The translations under genes were made by a program, and so were the position numbers. DNA of 64,000 nucleotides from Desulfomonilia bacterium (GTDB taxonomy: Bacteria; Desulfobacterota; Desulfomonilia; UBA1062): assembly GCA_050014195.1 (NCBI GenBank), contig JBEKDT010000007.1, positions 96,001 to 160,000 of the forward strand, given 5' to 3'. The notes beneath the pieces are model-generated. The model had not been told where the DNA came from and searched no databases. It saw only the letters and a list, made by a program, of their open reading frames with translations. Positions 50,370 to 61,227 of this stretch are shown in pieces. Every line of letters begins with the position of its first letter. Position 1 is the first letter of the stretch.

Positions 50370-50464
50370 AGAAAGAATCTCAACCGGTCACATTATACCG
50401 AACGTGGAGGATCGGAATCCATACCCTTGATCGCATTAATTTATCGCTGTGCATGCAACTTACT

Positions 50465-50773
50465 TTAATGAACCAAACCAAGAACAGTTACTATAGTTAT
50501 CAGACATAAGAAGCTTAAGGCACTGATGAATATCGTGTCTGCATACTTTTCATAGGATTCTTGATTATTGTGAGAACGTATAGAAATATAGGATAATACA
50601 CTTGCAGCCATGAATAAAAGTATCCCTACCAGGCATAAATCATCTAACAAGGTTTTCTCATGCATTCTTGATACCCTGATTATACTGAAAATCAAAAAGC
50701 ATATCCCTAACAGATTCGATGATGCTGACAGGATATGATGGCTCTTTGAATTTTGAGGATTGTTCTCGGTCAT
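50465..50773 (-). CDS. Small membrane protein
   Basis: Three TM helices, HILSASSNLLGIC motif, AGGAG RBS. Confidence 0.7.
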   Translation of the reverse strand: MTENNPQNSKSHHILSASSNLLGICFLIFSIIRVSRMHEKTLLDDLCLVGILLFMAASVLSYISIRSHNNQESYEKYADTIFISALSFLCLITIVTVLGLVH

Positions 50774-50903
50774 GTTTTGCTCCTTTATGTACGGGTCATG
50801 ATAATCCTGGACTTAATATTCAAAAGGATATGGGGCAGCGCCACGGACGGTGCTCCTTTTGGTTTGTAGCAAAGTCGGCGGCGCCACCACATTGCGGGCA
50901 GTG

Positions 50904-51452
50904 CTATTTATTTACCACTACAAAATGATCTCTTCTGTTTTTTGCCCATGCTTCTTCATTATGCCCTGGATCAAGGGGACGTTCTTTTCCATAACTGATG
51001 GTGGAGATCCGGTCTTTTGCAATCCCCAGTTCAACCAAGTAGTTTTGAGCAGCTTTGGCCCTCCTGTCTCCAAGCGCAATGTTGTACTCTGTAGTGCCTC
51101 TCTCATCACAGTTCCCCTCAATCCGGATTTTTAGATTAGAATGGGCCATCAGGAAAGAAGCCTTATCGTTGAGTATTTTAGTGTCCTCTGAGTTAAGATC
51201 ATACTTGTCGAAATCAAAATGGATGTCCTTGTTCTCAAATGTCTTTATCTCATCTTTTATTTCTTGCATGGCAGATGGTGCTTCAGTTTTGGAAGATTCA
51301 AACGTTGGAGGTGGTGTCTGCACGGATTGCTTTTGCACCGGGGGCTTCACCTCTTCAGTTTTTTCCATTATATTCTTCTTTGCACAGCCAACCGTGATAA
51401 AACCTATTCCGACAAACAAGATAATGATTATATTTAACCATGTTCTCTTCAT
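50904..51452 (-). CDS. pal: Peptidoglycan-associated lipoprotein
   Basis: Lipobox VGC, IHFDFDK, EGNCDERGTTEYNIALGDRRA, SYGKERP, KNRR. Confidence 0.93.
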   Translation of the reverse strand: MKRTWLNIIIILFVGIGFITVGCAKKNIMEKTEEVKPPVQKQSVQTPPPTFESSKTEAPSAMQEIKDEIKTFENKDIHFDFDKYDLNSEDTKILNDKASFLMAHSNLKIRIEGNCDERGTTEYNIALGDRRAKAAQNYLVELGIAKDRISTISYGKERPLDPGHNEEAWAKNRRDHFVVVNK

Positions 51453-51633
51453 GGTATTCCTCCACTGTAGTTAATTGTTGAGTATGAATAGTTACCGCTT
51501 ATTGCTCCGGGGATAACGACCTTATTACAGGTGCTTTATCCTATACAGCCATTATCCCAGACTCAAGACGACCAGATGCCGGGGCAATAGTGAGATGAAA
51601 TATCCCTAATAAATCGTTTGCTCTGTGGGGATC

Positions 51634-51921
51634 TTATTCAGGGGGAGGCCTTGCATATAAGGTGAACGGCTGTTGAAATGACCATGATGAAACAATGTAT
51701 TTATATTCAGTTTGAGAAATTAATATCGTGTTCCTGATTTCAGGACCGAGAGCCGCTATGGGTACTTCTTCGATACTGCCTTTGACATCATTTACCTGAA
51801 AGGACTTAAAATCAAAGTTGGTGGTCGATACACTTCTCACCGGCCTGATAGCTTGACCTGCAAGGCATAGAGAATAACTGAGCCCCAGTATCGAGAGTAG
51901 TATTAATATCTTTTTCATCAC
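51634..51921 (-). CDS. Hypothetical secreted protein
   Basis: N-terminal signal peptide; co-oriented with the upstream gene. Confidence 0.5.
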   Translation of the reverse strand: MMKKILILLSILGLSYSLCLAGQAIRPVRSVSTTNFDFKSFQVNDVKGSIEEVPIAALGPEIRNTILISQTEYKYIVSSWSFQQPFTLYARPPPE

Positions 51922-51934
51922 AATAACCGATTGA

Positions 51935-52369
51935 TTATTTCTTCAACTCCACCTTGATATCTTTATTGGGTTCCTGCAAGATATTCGCTGGTGCTGAACC
52001 TATCTTGGAAGGCTTGATGGAGAGTGCCACTGAATACCCCTCCTTATTGATTTTGTATTTTATCCTCACGAATTGTCCTTTCGTAATCTTATCCAATGTC
52101 GTGGCGTTCCACCCTGGATCATAGATCGTCGTGGTCGGCCGTATGACAAAGGTGTGTTTCTGACCATCCCATGTAATAATCGTGATCTTCGGCCTTACCT
52201 CATTTACTAGATCTTCAAGGACTACCTCCTCAACCTTGCCCTTGATCTCCTTGGACCTTCCGGCCTTTGCCTGTATATCCTTGGTCGGAGCCGATTCAGG
52301 CTGTACGGCAAGGCAGACTGAGGAGATGAGTCCAAAGATGCACACGATCATCAGAATTCTTTTCATCAT
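51935..52369 (-). CDS. Secreted OB-fold-like protein (paralog of 54517-54903)
   Basis: Signal peptide from ATG 52369; RPKI..TTTIY.P.W..DK.T.GQ.VR..Y.INKEG..A.SIKP shared with the paralog. Confidence 0.7.
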   Translation of the reverse strand: MMKRILMIVCIFGLISSVCLAVQPESAPTKDIQAKAGRSKEIKGKVEEVVLEDLVNEVRPKITIITWDGQKHTFVIRPTTTIYDPGWNATTLDKITKGQFVRIKYKINKEGYSVALSIKPSKIGSAPANILQEPNKDIKVELKK

Positions 52370-52658
52370 CCCAGCAGGGGAACGGCTGTATATTCCCTGG
52401 CAAACAATGGAAACTGGGGTTATCTGGCAGAACATGTCTTTTCCCATCTTTTCCATGCATTTTCTTTCATTATTATACGACATCATCATTAAAATATGAT
52501 TAGAGATACATTAAATCTTTCTAATAATCCATGACTTTAGATAATTGAACGGGGATTGTGGTATTCTCGGATTTGTTATAACAGATGAAAACAAAGTAGT
52601 CTTTATAGTCGAGTAAGGCCACTTCCGTGAAAGCTGGCACAACAAGGAGAATAAATCC

Positions 52659-53357
52659 GTGAAACGCCAGTTTGTATCCATGATCCTATTGTTTGCAGTA
52701 TTTTACCCTTCCTTAAGCTCAACAGCTGTTGGTCCGACCGGAGAGACAACGCTTAATGAATCCATCCAGGCATTCTCAGCAATCATGACATCTCCTGACA
52801 CAAGTATCCCACCTACACTCCTCCAGACTGCATCCGGGATCATAATCATACCCCATATGGTCAAGGCCAGCTTCCTGATGGGTGTACGATACGGAAAGGG
52901 TGTGCTCATGGTAAAATATAAAGATGGTCATTGGAGCAACCCGGTCATCATCACCATAACCGGAGGGAGCTTCGGACTGCAGATGGGAATACAATCCACT
53001 GATCTCATCCTGGTCTTCACGAGAAGTCAGGCACTGGATATGAAATCTAAGGGGAATGTTCTCTTGGGGGCTGATGTATCCATCGTTGCTGGTCCTTTGA
53101 ATTTCAAGCTGGATGAAAATGACGAAGCCAGCCAAAAGGGAGAAGTCTATTCTTTCTCGAAGGCAGTGGGTCTTAACGCAGGTTTTGCCCTCCAAGGTGC
53201 ATGTATACGCATGGATGATGATGCCACCGCAACCGTTTATGGAAAGAGCAGACTGACTGCCTATGATGTCCTCTGGGGAAGAGCGGTGACGGTGCCATCC
53301 GAGGTGCTCAGATTCAAGGAAAATTTCAACAGACTCACCGACAAGACCTCGCATTGA
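52659..53357 (+). CDS. Lipid-binding SYLF (Ysc84-like) domain protein
   Basis: Signal peptide, IIIPHMVKA..G..YGKG, GGSFGLQMG.QSTDL. Confidence 0.85.
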   Translation: MKRQFVSMILLFAVFYPSLSSTAVGPTGETTLNESIQAFSAIMTSPDTSIPPTLLQTASGIIIIPHMVKASFLMGVRYGKGVLMVKYKDGHWSNPVIITITGGSFGLQMGIQSTDLILVFTRSQALDMKSKGNVLLGADVSIVAGPLNFKLDENDEASQKGEVYSFSKAVGLNAGFALQGACIRMDDDATATVYGKSRLTAYDVLWGRAVTVPSEVLRFKENFNRLTDKTSH

Positions 53358-54333
53358 CACATTGCGTGTAATACAATGGTGGTACCGATTGTGGTCCCAA
53401 CAATCGTATCAAGTTGTTCAGCAGGGTATGGTCAAATTCAGTTAAAGCCTCATCCTTGATGATCTTCAGGGCTTCGAATGGTTTCATGGCGGTCTTGTAG
53501 GGTCGTATGGATGTCAATGCATCATAAATATCTGCAATAGTGCAGATCCTGGCACAAGGGTGGATGTCCGTCATTCCATAAGGATATCCTGATCCGTCAG
53601 GGCGCTCATGGTGTTGCATCGAAATATAAGCAGCCTCTTTGGTAAGCTGACCTGTTTCCATAAGGATGTTATAACCCCATTCAGGGTGCTTCTTGATGAT
53701 GTCCCACTCTTCCTGATTCAGTTTTCCACGTTTCCTGATAATACTTAGTGGGACTTTGGATTTTCCTATATCGTGAAGAAAATATCCATAACTCAAGCGT
53801 TCAATTTCCTCCATCCCTATTGAACGGTCTCCCTTATAGAAACTAATTGCAAGAGAGGTGGCATAGATTCCAACATTGACGCTGTGAGTGTAGGTGTTGA
53901 AATCATACTCCGTTATTGAGATGAGATCGCTGAGCAGCACCTTATTCTTTATGATGTTCTTTAACATGGGCTTGAGTGTTTCCTTTATCTTCTCAACCCG
54001 CTCCGGATTTGGGTTATCAAATGCACTCCTGAGCGCATGGATGGATGAAACATAGAATGTTGCTGCTTTCACCTTAGATGGAAGAGTTGGATCAATGAGA
54101 ATCTCTTTCGTGCGGGAACTTATATATTCTTCAAAGACATTCATCTCCGCCTGACCCCTTATAAATAATTTGCTGAGGCCAAAGCGGCTGAGCTCGGCAA
54201 GGTGCTCTCTGGTCAACACGCATCCCTTCTCAAGAAAGAGCACGAGCTTGTTATCGTGCTTTATAAACAGATCGACGACATTCTTTTCGTTGATCTGAAT
54301 GACATCAATAGGGATAGGACGGAATACATTCAT
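53335..54333 (-). CDS. HD-GYP phosphohydrolase
   Basis: HSVNV, LHDIGK, HHERPDGSGYP, ADIYDAL..RPYK. Confidence 0.92.
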   Translation of the reverse strand: MNVFRPIPIDVIQINEKNVVDLFIKHDNKLVLFLEKGCVLTREHLAELSRFGLSKLFIRGQAEMNVFEEYISSRTKEILIDPTLPSKVKAATFYVSSIHALRSAFDNPNPERVEKIKETLKPMLKNIIKNKVLLSDLISITEYDFNTYTHSVNVGIYATSLAISFYKGDRSIGMEEIERLSYGYFLHDIGKSKVPLSIIRKRGKLNQEEWDIIKKHPEWGYNILMETGQLTKEAAYISMQHHERPDGSGYPYGMTDIHPCARICTIADIYDALTSIRPYKTAMKPFEALKIIKDEALTEFDHTLLNNLIRLLGPQSVPPLYYTQCVNARSCR

Positions 54334-54516
54334 GCCAAATATTTCGGCATGTTAACTTCTATAGATAAATTGATATATTAGCAGCTTTGGGCATTACTAA
54401 GAACATATATTTCTGCAATAGATAATCGATTTTTCTAACTCTGAAATATGAACATCGTGAGATGAGATTTATGATGGTCAAGATGCTATGGTCAGAGTGG
54501 AAAGATCGACACCTGA

Positions 54517-54903
54517 TCAATATTGTATCGGTTTAATAGATCGAGCTTCTTGGATACCTTCTTTATTGATAATATAGTGCACTCTCACCTGCTGCCCAAC
54601 TGTTAGCTTATCAAACGGTATTGCTTTCCAATCTGGTCCATAAATTGTCGTAGTGGTCACTATAAAGAAGATGTAACTCTTTCCTACTTTATCAGTTAGA
54701 AATATCTTTGGCCTTATTCCTTTTGAAGGATTAGCGAGGTGGATGTCATCTAACTTCCCTATCACTTCTAATGGGGCGATTACTTTCTTAGATACAGGAG
54801 GAGGGGTTCCCCTTTTCTGCTGGGACATGTCTGTATTCTGTCCATTGCAGGAAAAGAGGAGAACCCCAAGGGTGCAGATCGAAATTATTGCAACCCTCTT
54901 CAC
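54517..54903 (-). CDS. Lipoprotein, OB-fold-like (paralog of 51935-52369)
   Basis: Lipobox LFSC; C-terminal domain shared with the paralog. Confidence 0.7.
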   Translation of the reverse strand: MKRVAIISICTLGVLLFSCNGQNTDMSQQKRGTPPPVSKKVIAPLEVIGKLDDIHLANPSKGIRPKIFLTDKVGKSYIFFIVTTTTIYGPDWKAIPFDKLTVGQQVRVHYIINKEGIQEARSIKPIQY

Positions 54904-54938
54904 CCTCCATTCACTCCTTTATTGTTACCTTGCTTATC

Positions 54939-55319
54939 TTACTCTGCAGGCTTCGCTGGTGGCGTCTCTTCTGCTTTCTTTTCCTTCATAACTGCCTTCT
55001 TCATTGCCTTCTTTGCCTTAATAACCTCGATCTTGTCTGCGTTCAGGGTGCCGGCTGCCGCTGTAATCTTTACCATCTGACCCTTCTTCAGGTTAGCAAT
55101 ATCTTCCGCCTTCACGGTGAAGGTCTTGCCCTTTACATCGATCGTGTTAGCTGTTTTGTCGATCTTGGTAATCTTGCCCTTGATTACATCGGGCTTTGCC
55201 ATCTCTGTCTTTGCAGGCTCTGCCTTTGCTGCTGCGGGTGCTGCTGCGTCGGCTGCGAAGACCATCGTGGTGAAGCACACCAGTGCCAGTACTGCGATTA
55301 AGCTGATAACTTTCTTCAT
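54939..55319 (-). CDS. Secreted Lys/Ala-rich OB-fold-like protein
   Basis: Signal peptide, GKITKID..TIDV..LKKGQMVKI; GGAGG RBS. Confidence 0.75.
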   Translation of the reverse strand: MKKVISLIAVLALVCFTTMVFAADAAAPAAAKAEPAKTEMAKPDVIKGKITKIDKTANTIDVKGKTFTVKAEDIANLKKGQMVKITAAAGTLNADKIEVIKAKKAMKKAVMKEKKAEETPPAKPAE

Positions 55320-55730
55320 GGTTCATTCCTCCTGTGGTTTTTTATTGATGGTACATTCTATACGCAAAGAATGATTAAATGATGATTAGAAGAAGATTAA
55401 AAGATTCTAATATTGCATGGAAGAACAGGGAAAGGCACTGTCCTTATCAAGTAATTATCCTTCTTTAAAAAGAACTCCTGAGATTATCCTAACCATTTTG
55501 TCTTATACTATAGATCTGCGATAGATTAGCGTTCTCAATCACTTACTATCAAGCGTAGATTTCTTCGATAGATAAACGAGTTACAAGATCTTCAAGACTG
55601 GAAATCTCTTGATGAAATATTCACATCAAGATTTTAGAGTAATCTTCAATCCTTGTTTTTTGGAAAATCGATATGAATCATTTCAATCTTTGCATCGTCT
55701 AAGTTGTAATCTCCTCAAAGAGGATTAATC

Positions 55731-56801
55731 ATGAAAAGAATCTTGCTGATACTGTTGCTTTTTGTTCTACCGATTTATTCCGGCTTTACTGCTGACACAA
55801 AATATGAGGTAGCTACCTTTGCAGGCGGCTGCTTCTGGTGCATGGACGCTGCTTTCGAAGATATCCCGGGCGTCATTGAAGTGATAACCGGATACACGGG
55901 TGGGCATACTAAGAACCCAACCTATGAAGAAGTTTCAGCCGGCGGAACAGGCCATGCCGAGGCAATCCAGGTTACATACGATCCAGCTAAGGTTACCTAT
56001 TCAAAGCTCCTTGATGTCTTCTGGAAGCAAGTCGACCCTACAGACCGCAGTGGTCAGATGGCTGACAGGGGATCACAATATAGAACGGTAATCTTCTATC
56101 ATACGGAGGAACAAAAGCGGCTTGCCGAGCAGTCAAAGCAAGTCCTTAAAGAATCAGGTAGGTTTAATAAACCTATTGTCACAGAAATTACAAAGGCAAC
56201 AGATTTCTACCCTGCAGAAGAGTACCACCAGCATTATTTCAAAAAGAATCCACTTGGCTATAACTCGGGACGCGATAACTATCTGAAGAAGGTATGGGCA
56301 GACAACAACAGTGTTTCACTCCCACGATATACAGATAAGGACTACAGAAAACCATCAAAAGTTGAACTGAAAAAGAAGCTCACACCCCTGCAATTCAGGG
56401 TGACCCAGAACAAGAGCACGGAACAACCATTCGATAACGAGTACTGGAATAATGAGCATGAGGGGATCTATGTTGATATTGTGTCCGGTGAGCCTCTATT
56501 CAGCTCTAAGGACAAATACGACTCTGGTACTGGATGGCCTAGCTTCACAAAACCGCTTGAACCTGGAAACATTGTAGAGAGGCAGGATGGAAGCTTGTAC
56601 ATGCTGAGGATCGATGTGAAGGAGGTTAGGAGTAAACTTGCTGACTCACACCTTGGCCATGTCTTTACGGATGGTCCTGCACCAACAGGACTGCGTTACT
56701 GCATGAATTCGGCTGCTCTGCTGTTTATTCCAAAAGAAGACCTGACAAAAGAAGGTTATGGGCGGTATCTTAATCTTTTCAAAAAAGATAATGAGTTCTA
56801 A
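55731..56801 (+). CDS. msrAB: Secreted methionine sulfoxide reductase MsrAB, copy 1
   Basis: Signal peptide; [34 protein letters not shown]. Confidence 0.93.
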   Translation: MKRILLILLLFVLPIYSGFTADTKYEVATFAGGCFWCMDAAFEDIPGVIEVITGYTGGHTKNPTYEEVSAGGTGHAEAIQVTYDPAKVTYSKLLDVFWKQVDPTDRSGQMADRGSQYRTVIFYHTEEQKRLAEQSKQVLKESGRFNKPIVTEITKATDFYPAEEYHQHYFKKNPLGYNSGRDNYLKKVWADNNSVSLPRYTDKDYRKPSKVELKKKLTPLQFRVTQNKSTEQPFDNEYWNNEHEGIYVDIVSGEPLFSSKDKYDSGTGWPSFTKPLEPGNIVERQDGSLYMLRIDVKEVRSKLADSHLGHVFTDGPAPTGLRYCMNSAALLFIPKEDLTKEGYGRYLNLFKKDNEF

Positions 56802-56960
56802 AGAACTCAACTCCTCATCCTATTCAAGTTAGAGTCGTTTCCTTGATGGTATCGTTGAAGCCTGCAATATTTATAGACATCTCTAATCTCTCTGGTTTTT
56901 TCAAATAAGAACATTATTTCTTAGGGGGAGATCAAAACCGAAACGAAAGGAGCATGATCC

Positions 56961-57269
56961 ATGAATAATGGCTTTCTTATGAGGAAGTTTGCCATTGCAG
57001 GGTGCCTGCTTTTACTCTTGTGCGGGGTGCATTGGACTGCGCAGGCTTCTGATGAAGAGAAAAAAGTGGTATTTGTCGTGGCTTGATATGACGTAGGCAA
57101 AGAGGCCTTGGAGAGGCTTCCAGGTGTAAAAAGGGTCGAAAAAGGATTCCATTTTTTTCAAGAAATAAACACTGTTTTTTATGACCCGTCAAAGATAACC
57201 GTCGACGAAATGGAAAGGGCGTTGAAGAAGGCAGGAACATATAAGAAGACATTGGGAGCGAAACCGTGA
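56961..57269 (+). CDS. Secreted selenoprotein, HMA/mini-MsrA-like fold (UGA at 57084-57086)
   Basis: Manual translation: signal peptide..KKVVFVVA-U-YDVGKEALERLPGVKRVEKGF..NTVFYDPSKITVDEMERALKKAG; frame continues 60 codons past TGA; SECIS-like hairpin at 57102-57120. Confidence 0.7.
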
Positions 57270-57437
57270 GCATCCTTCCTGTCAAACCGGGAATGAGGTG
57301 AAGGAATGTCCGGGTCGTATCATCTCAGTTTGATGCTCTCTGAAAACTAAAGATAGTTAAGGTATGGGTTTCTTTTTACTCAAGACAAACACTACATAAA
57401 TAACTATAAGTTTCCAATTATTCAGGAGGAATAAAAG

Positions 57438-58511
57438 ATGATCAGAAATATCATGAAAGGATTTATAGCCATATTGCTTGTATTGCCACTATCTACCGGG
57501 AACGCAGCTAATACAAAATATGAACTGGCTACCTTTGCCGGGGGATGCTTCTGGTGCATGGTGCATCCCTTTGATAAGCTCCCTGGGGTGAAGGAGGTTC
57601 TCTCAGGATACACCGGGGGACATACCGTCAACCCCACCTATGAGGAGAACTCATCCGGGACAACAGGCCATGCCGAGTCCATCCAGATAACCTATGACCC
57701 AGCGAAGATATCATATGCGGACCTGCTAGAGGTATTCTGGCGGCAGATTGACCCGACCGATGCAGGGGGGCAGTTTGTGGACAGGGGAAACCAGTATAGG
57801 AGCGCCATCTTCTATCACAACGATGAGCAGAAGAGACTCGCAGAGGAGTCCAGGGACCGTCTCGCAAAGTCAGGCAGATTTACAAAACCCATCGTCACCG
57901 AGATTGTGAAGGCTGGCCCGTTCTATAAGGCAGAAGAATACCACCAATATTACTACAAGAAAAACCCGGTCCGGTATAAATATTATAGGTACAGATCAGG
58001 CCGAGACCAATTCCTTGACAAGGTCTGGGGGAAAGACAGGGAAGATACACCAGCAAAGGTTAAAACAGGTTCATACACCAAGCCGAGTGCAGAGGTCCTG
58101 AAAAAGAAGCTCACACCAATGCAGTTCAAGGTAACCCAGAAGGGTGGAACAGAACCGGCTTTTGATAATGCATATTGGAACAACAAGCATGAAGGGATTT
58201 ACGTGGATATCGTCTCCGGAGAACCACTATTCAGCTCCAAGGATAAGTATGACTCCGGCACCGGCTGGCCAAGCTTTACCCGGCCTCTGGAGCCGGGCAA
58301 TATCGTGGAGAAGCAGGATAATACCCTGTTCACTACAAGGACAGAGGTCAGGAGCAGGCATGCAGATTCTCATGTTGGGCATGTATTCAATGACGGCCCA
58401 CCCCCTACGGGACTGCGCTATTGCATGAACTCGGCTGCCTTGCGCTTTATCCCCAAGGAAGACCTGCAAAAGGAAGGATACGGACAGTATCTTAAACTAT
58501 TTGATAAATAA
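57438..58511 (+). CDS. msrAB: Secreted methionine sulfoxide reductase MsrAB, copy 2
   Basis: Same motifs as copy 1; signal peptide; GGAGG RBS. Confidence 0.93.
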   Translation: MIRNIMKGFIAILLVLPLSTGNAANTKYELATFAGGCFWCMVHPFDKLPGVKEVLSGYTGGHTVNPTYEENSSGTTGHAESIQITYDPAKISYADLLEVFWRQIDPTDAGGQFVDRGNQYRSAIFYHNDEQKRLAEESRDRLAKSGRFTKPIVTEIVKAGPFYKAEEYHQYYYKKNPVRYKYYRYRSGRDQFLDKVWGKDREDTPAKVKTGSYTKPSAEVLKKKLTPMQFKVTQKGGTEPAFDNAYWNNKHEGIYVDIVSGEPLFSSKDKYDSGTGWPSFTRPLEPGNIVEKQDNTLFTTRTEVRSRHADSHVGHVFNDGPPPTGLRYCMNSAALRFIPKEDLQKEGYGQYLKLFDK

Positions 58512-58577
58512 AATGAATCTTCCTGATAAGATGGATGATTCCTTTTATCATAGGTTGATTCCCTGAGACTCAAATGC

Positions 58578-59279
58578 TCAAGTTAAAGGTCCCGACTGCC
58601 CCTTTATTTGAAGGGATGCCTTGATCTTCTTGTAGACTGTCGGGATCAATGCAAAAAGCCCAAGGAGTGCAAAGGAGATGAGCACACGGGGACTCGCAAC
58701 ATCACGCATGGTATTGATGGATGCAATGCTCGAACCTGCATTCGCATAGACGAAGCTTCCGGGAAGAATCCCCACCATGGTACCTATGATGTAGGTCCTC
58801 AGCTGCAGGCCCGTGATCCCACAGGCAAGGTTGACGAGGAAAAATGGAAAGAGTGGGACTAGTCGCAAAAAGAGGAGGTACGACATCCCGCTTTCGCTGA
58901 GTCCCCTATCCAGGGCCTCCATTTGTTTGCCGAACTTTTTCACCACCCAGTCCCGCAGCAGGTTACGGGCCAGGAGAAAGGCCAGGACAGCCCCCATCGT
59001 GGCCCCGATATTCACCCATATCGTTCCCATTAGCGCCCCAAATACGGCTCCGCCAGCCAGGGTAAGGATGGCCGCCCCAGGCAGGGAAAGGGCGGTCTGC
59101 ACAGTATAGATGACGATGTAGCTCACGATGAAGATGAGCATGTGGTTTGAATAGTAATTCAGGAGATAGTCTCTGTTTGTCTTGAGGCTTTCAAGTGTGA
59201 GGTATCTTCCGAGATCCAAATAGTAAAATATGCCGATCGCGAGGGCAATGATAATGAGTAATGCTATCTTCTTTTTCAT
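58578..59279 (-). CDS. TVP38/TMEM64 (DedA/VTT) membrane protein
   Basis: LSLPGAAILTLAGG..FG and LFLRLVPLFPFFLVN motifs. Confidence 0.92.
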   Translation of the reverse strand: MKKKIALLIIIALAIGIFYYLDLGRYLTLESLKTNRDYLLNYYSNHMLIFIVSYIVIYTVQTALSLPGAAILTLAGGAVFGALMGTIWVNIGATMGAVLAFLLARNLLRDWVVKKFGKQMEALDRGLSESGMSYLLFLRLVPLFPFFLVNLACGITGLQLRTYIIGTMVGILPGSFVYANAGSSIASINTMRDVASPRVLISFALLGLFALIPTVYKKIKASLQIKGQSGPLT

Positions 59280-59431
59280 TGGTTCTCCGCTATCGCTTCT
59301 TCTCCATTGAGAGATACAGAATAATCATGATCATCATCCGGGAGCTTGAAAATATCTCCATTTACCATCTGCAGATTTAATAAAGGGAATTGATCACCAG
59401 TATCCAATGCATTTGAACTCACCCTGGCCAT
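59276..59431 (-). pseudogene. Truncated AhpC/TSA peroxiredoxin-like N-terminal fragment (51 aa)
   Basis: GGAGG RBS; MARVSSNALDTGDQFPLLNLQMVNGDIFKLPDD resembles a Prx N-terminus but lacks the active-site strand; stop overlaps the TVP38 start (ATGA). Confidence 0.45.
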
Positions 59432-59638
59432 GTTTTTCCTCCAAGATTGGATTATCTTCTGTATAATGATAAGCTTCTAATGTCAGGAATCAAAAAGGTT
59501 GATATTTTTATCATGCCCTGAGTCCTTGTTTAATTCTTATATCTCCCTATCATAATCTACCAATTTGCTGAGAAAAAATCCTAAGCAAAAAACAAACTTC
59601 ATGAACACGGTATCATCTTGAGTGAGGGAGGACAGAAG

Positions 59639-61126
59639 ATGCCAACCTTTGATTATGATCTCGGAATCATCGGCGGAGGAGCTGCAGGGCTGACAGCCGC
59701 GGCAGGCAGCGCACAGTTCGGTGCAAAGACCATCCTTATAGAGAAAACAGACAAGCTAGGGGGAGATTGCCTCCATGTGGGCTGCGTTCCGTCAAAGACA
59801 CTCATCCGCACTGCACGGGTATGGGCACAGGCAAAAAGATCCAAAGAATTCGGTCTGCCGGAACTGTTGCTTCCCCCTGTCGATCTCGGTGCAGTCATGG
59901 ACCGAGTACATGCGGTCATAGAGAAGATCCAGCACCACGATTCTGCTGAACGGTTCTGCTCTCTCGGGGCGCGCGTCCGCTTCGGGAGCCCTGCCTTTGT
60001 GGATAACCATGTAGTAAACCTTGACGGTGAACGCATCTCGGCAAAGAGCTGGATCATCGCCACCGGGTCGAGCCCTGCCCTGCCTCCGGTAGAGGGATTG
60101 AGTAGTGTGGCGTTCTGGACCAACGAGACCGTATTCTCTCAGAGGAAGCTCCCCAGGTGCCTCATCGTGCTGGGTGGCGGACCTATCGGCCTGGAGCTGG
60201 CCCAGTCATTTGCACGTCTGGGAGCAAAAGTTATCGTTGTAGAATTCATGGGCCAGATCCTGGGCCCTGAAGACGCTGACCTCGCTGACATCCTGAAAGA
60301 GCGACTTGTTGCCGAGGGTGTGGAAATCCATACCGATACCAAGGCTATCAGAGCAGAATCAAGTGGCGAAATGATTGCACTGACTATTGGGCCTTCAAAG
60401 GGGGAGGGACCAACCCAAGTCATCGAAGGGGATGCCATTCTTGTTGCAGCTGGACGCAAGCCGAATATTGAAGGTCTTAATCTCGATGCCGCCGGAGTAA
60501 AATATACTCCGAGGGGCATCCCTACAAACGACCGGATGAAGACCAATATCTCCCATATCTATGCCTGCGGTGACATCAACGGAGTCATGCCGTTCACCCA
60601 CGTTGCTGGCTATGAAGGCGGGATCGCGCTCACCAACGCCGTGCTCCGCCTGCCTAGGAAGGCGGACTATTCAAAGATCGGGTGGTGCACCTACACAGAC
60701 CCTGAGGTCGCGAGCATCGGGCTCAATGAAAAACGCGCCCAGAAAGAAGGCACCGGGTACCGCGTCATCGAAGAGCACTTTGTAGATAACGACCGGGCAC
60801 TTGCAGAGGGAGAGACGTTGGGCAAGATTAAGATGCTCGTGAGCCCGAAAGGCTCTCTGCTTGGCTGTCAAATCATCGGGGCGCATGCGGGAGAGCTCAT
60901 CCATGAGTGGATAGTGTCCATGGCTGCTGGTATTAAACTTTCAACCATGGCGGGCACAGTGCATATCTACCCTACCATGTCTGAAATCTCCAAGCGCGTA
61001 GCAGGCGACCTATTCGCATCGAAGATCTTTTCGGAAAAGACCAAGACTGTGCTCCGCCTGCTTTTCAACCTCAAAGGCAGGGCGTGCAGCCTGACTGAAG
61101 CAGTTGCTGATAACCTTCACTCGTGA
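59639..61126 (+). CDS. FAD-dependent pyridine nucleotide-disulfide oxidoreductase (Lpd/MerA-like)
   Basis: GGGAAG, GGDCLHVGCVPSK, GGGPIG, HIYPTMSE; no MerA C-terminal CC pair. Confidence 0.9.
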   Translation: MPTFDYDLGIIGGGAAGLTAAAGSAQFGAKTILIEKTDKLGGDCLHVGCVPSKTLIRTARVWAQAKRSKEFGLPELLLPPVDLGAVMDRVHAVIEKIQHHDSAERFCSLGARVRFGSPAFVDNHVVNLDGERISAKSWIIATGSSPALPPVEGLSSVAFWTNETVFSQRKLPRCLIVLGGGPIGLELAQSFARLGAKVIVVEFMGQILGPEDADLADILKERLVAEGVEIHTDTKAIRAESSGEMIALTIGPSKGEGPTQVIEGDAILVAAGRKPNIEGLNLDAAGVKYTPRGIPTNDRMKTNISHIYACGDINGVMPFTHVAGYEGGIALTNAVLRLPRKADYSKIGWCTYTDPEVASIGLNEKRAQKEGTGYRVIEEHFVDNDRALAEGETLGKIKMLVSPKGSLLGCQIIGAHAGELIHEWIVSMAAGIKLSTMAGTVHIYPTMSEISKRVAGDLFASKIFSEKTKTVLRLLFNLKGRACSLTEAVADNLHS

Positions 61127-61227
61127 TTAATATTAATACGCCATGGAATAGTGTCCTTGACACTTGTTTTTTTGATGATCTTAAAGCGGGGAATATAGTA
61201 CATGATATAAGAAGAAGGAAATGTAGC

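Noticed and set aside
56977-57285. Minus-strand 102-aa ORF between the msrAB genes
   Set aside because: Antisense shadow of the plus-strand UGA-containing gene, which has a signal peptide and a SECIS-like hairpin
59639-61126. Mercuric reductase merA / mer operon
   Set aside because: No C-terminal Cys-Cys pair, no N-terminal HMA domain and no merR/T/P genes
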